Part shown: positions 63,462-64,000 of the stretch, piece after piece | How positions within the stretch are numbered: position 1 is the stretch's first letter | How the letters are laid out: every line of letters begins with the position of its first letter | Position numbers and translations under genes: made by a program | Notes under the pieces: model-generated | What the model was told of the DNA's origin: nothing | Database searches by the model: none | What the model saw: the letters and a program-made list of their open reading frames with translations, nothing else | Assembly: GCA_051546255.1 (NCBI GenBank) | Contig: CP128816.1 | Coordinates: 186,001-250,000, forward strand | Length of the DNA: 64,000 nt | From: Meyerozyma guilliermondii | Taxonomy: Eukaryota | Direction of reading: 5' to 3'

Positions 63462-64000
63462 TCAATTTGCCTTCAAGGCAAGGTTCTCAATGCCCTGGAT
63501 ACTGCGACTGGCATAGAAACGCACATCGACGTCTTCATCACTTTGCAATTTTTCCAACTTGGGAAGAATGTCGTTCGATACAATGGAAGAAGCATTGGGT
63601 TGACCACTGTTTGCAAAAGTTTCAGCCAAAACCAAGTACAATTTGGCCACATTGAATCGGATGTTGGGCACGGAATCGTTCACCAAATGGTTCACAAATG
63701 GTAAAATAGACGACACCACAATATCAAAGTCAACTACTGGAATAATTTTGGTGGCAGTGAACAAGCATGTCAAACGAATAACAAAGTTTGAGTAATCAAT
63801 TTGATCTTGATCATCTTGTGACGATTCGGGAGAGTGCAACAACCGCGAGATAATCTCCCTATTGGCCCATTCCGAACCAAAAATGACTATGAGTTCTTTC
63901 AAGTTGTTGACGGCGGCATCACGAATAGCAAACACTGGGTCCCAGAGCCACAGCATACACAAGGAAAGGAGTTCCGAATTGAAAAATGACACTCCCAACT
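63462..64000 (-). CDS. TPD3: PP2A scaffold (A) subunit, 3' part only; gene starts beyond the window
   Basis: HEAT repeats WLWDPVFAIRDAA, DSVPNIRFNVAK, DEDVDVRFYA. Confidence 0.93.
   Translation of the reverse strand, partial: LGVSFFNSELLSLCMLWLWDPVFAIRDAAVNNLKELIVIFGSEWANREIISRLLHSPESSQDDQDQIDYSNFVIRLTCLFTATKIIPVVDFDIVVSSILPFVNHLVNDSVPNIRFNVAKLYLVLAETFANSGQPNASSIVSNDILPKLEKLQSDEDVDVRFYASRSIQGIENLALKAN

Overview
A gene-dense stretch of a budding-yeast chromosome from the CUG-Ser (CTG) clade. CTG codons sit at conserved Ser positions in NTG1, GPI12, DCN1 and FCR1, so CTG-encoded Leu in the supplied ORF track should be read as Ser. Base composition and gene content suggest Candida (Candidozyma) auris or a relative; this is an inference and was not verified. 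The window holds 35 protein-coding genes, mostly housekeeping (PLB-type phospholipase, CCR4, NTG1, CAT8, GPI12, ARP6, LDB19, PAS kinase, thiolase, SLD3, TAF6, RMD9, VHC1, PRP5, AEP2, intron-containing SSS1, RRP1, SLU7, a bHLH factor, DCN1, APC2, TAF12, an OPT transporter, a DEAH helicase, FCR1, TDH3, PMT2, ISA2, partial TPD3), plus one intronless tRNA-Trp(CCA). I saw no transposon, CRISPR array or rRNA. Most notable observations: (1) the TDH3 stop codon is in a TAA-CTAG read-through context followed by an in-frame 11-codon extension ending YKL, a candidate cryptic peroxisomal GAPDH; (2) a tRNA-like 5' half upstream of tRNA-Trp can pair with the same acceptor strand; (3) Slu7 lacks its zinc knuckle and lies near an intron with an extremely short branch-to-AG distance; (4) an oriented TTTGCACCCA promoter motif recurs; (5) candidate SVIP-like and CENP-L-like orphan genes; (6) a possible CTT-AGT +1 frameshift micro-gene.
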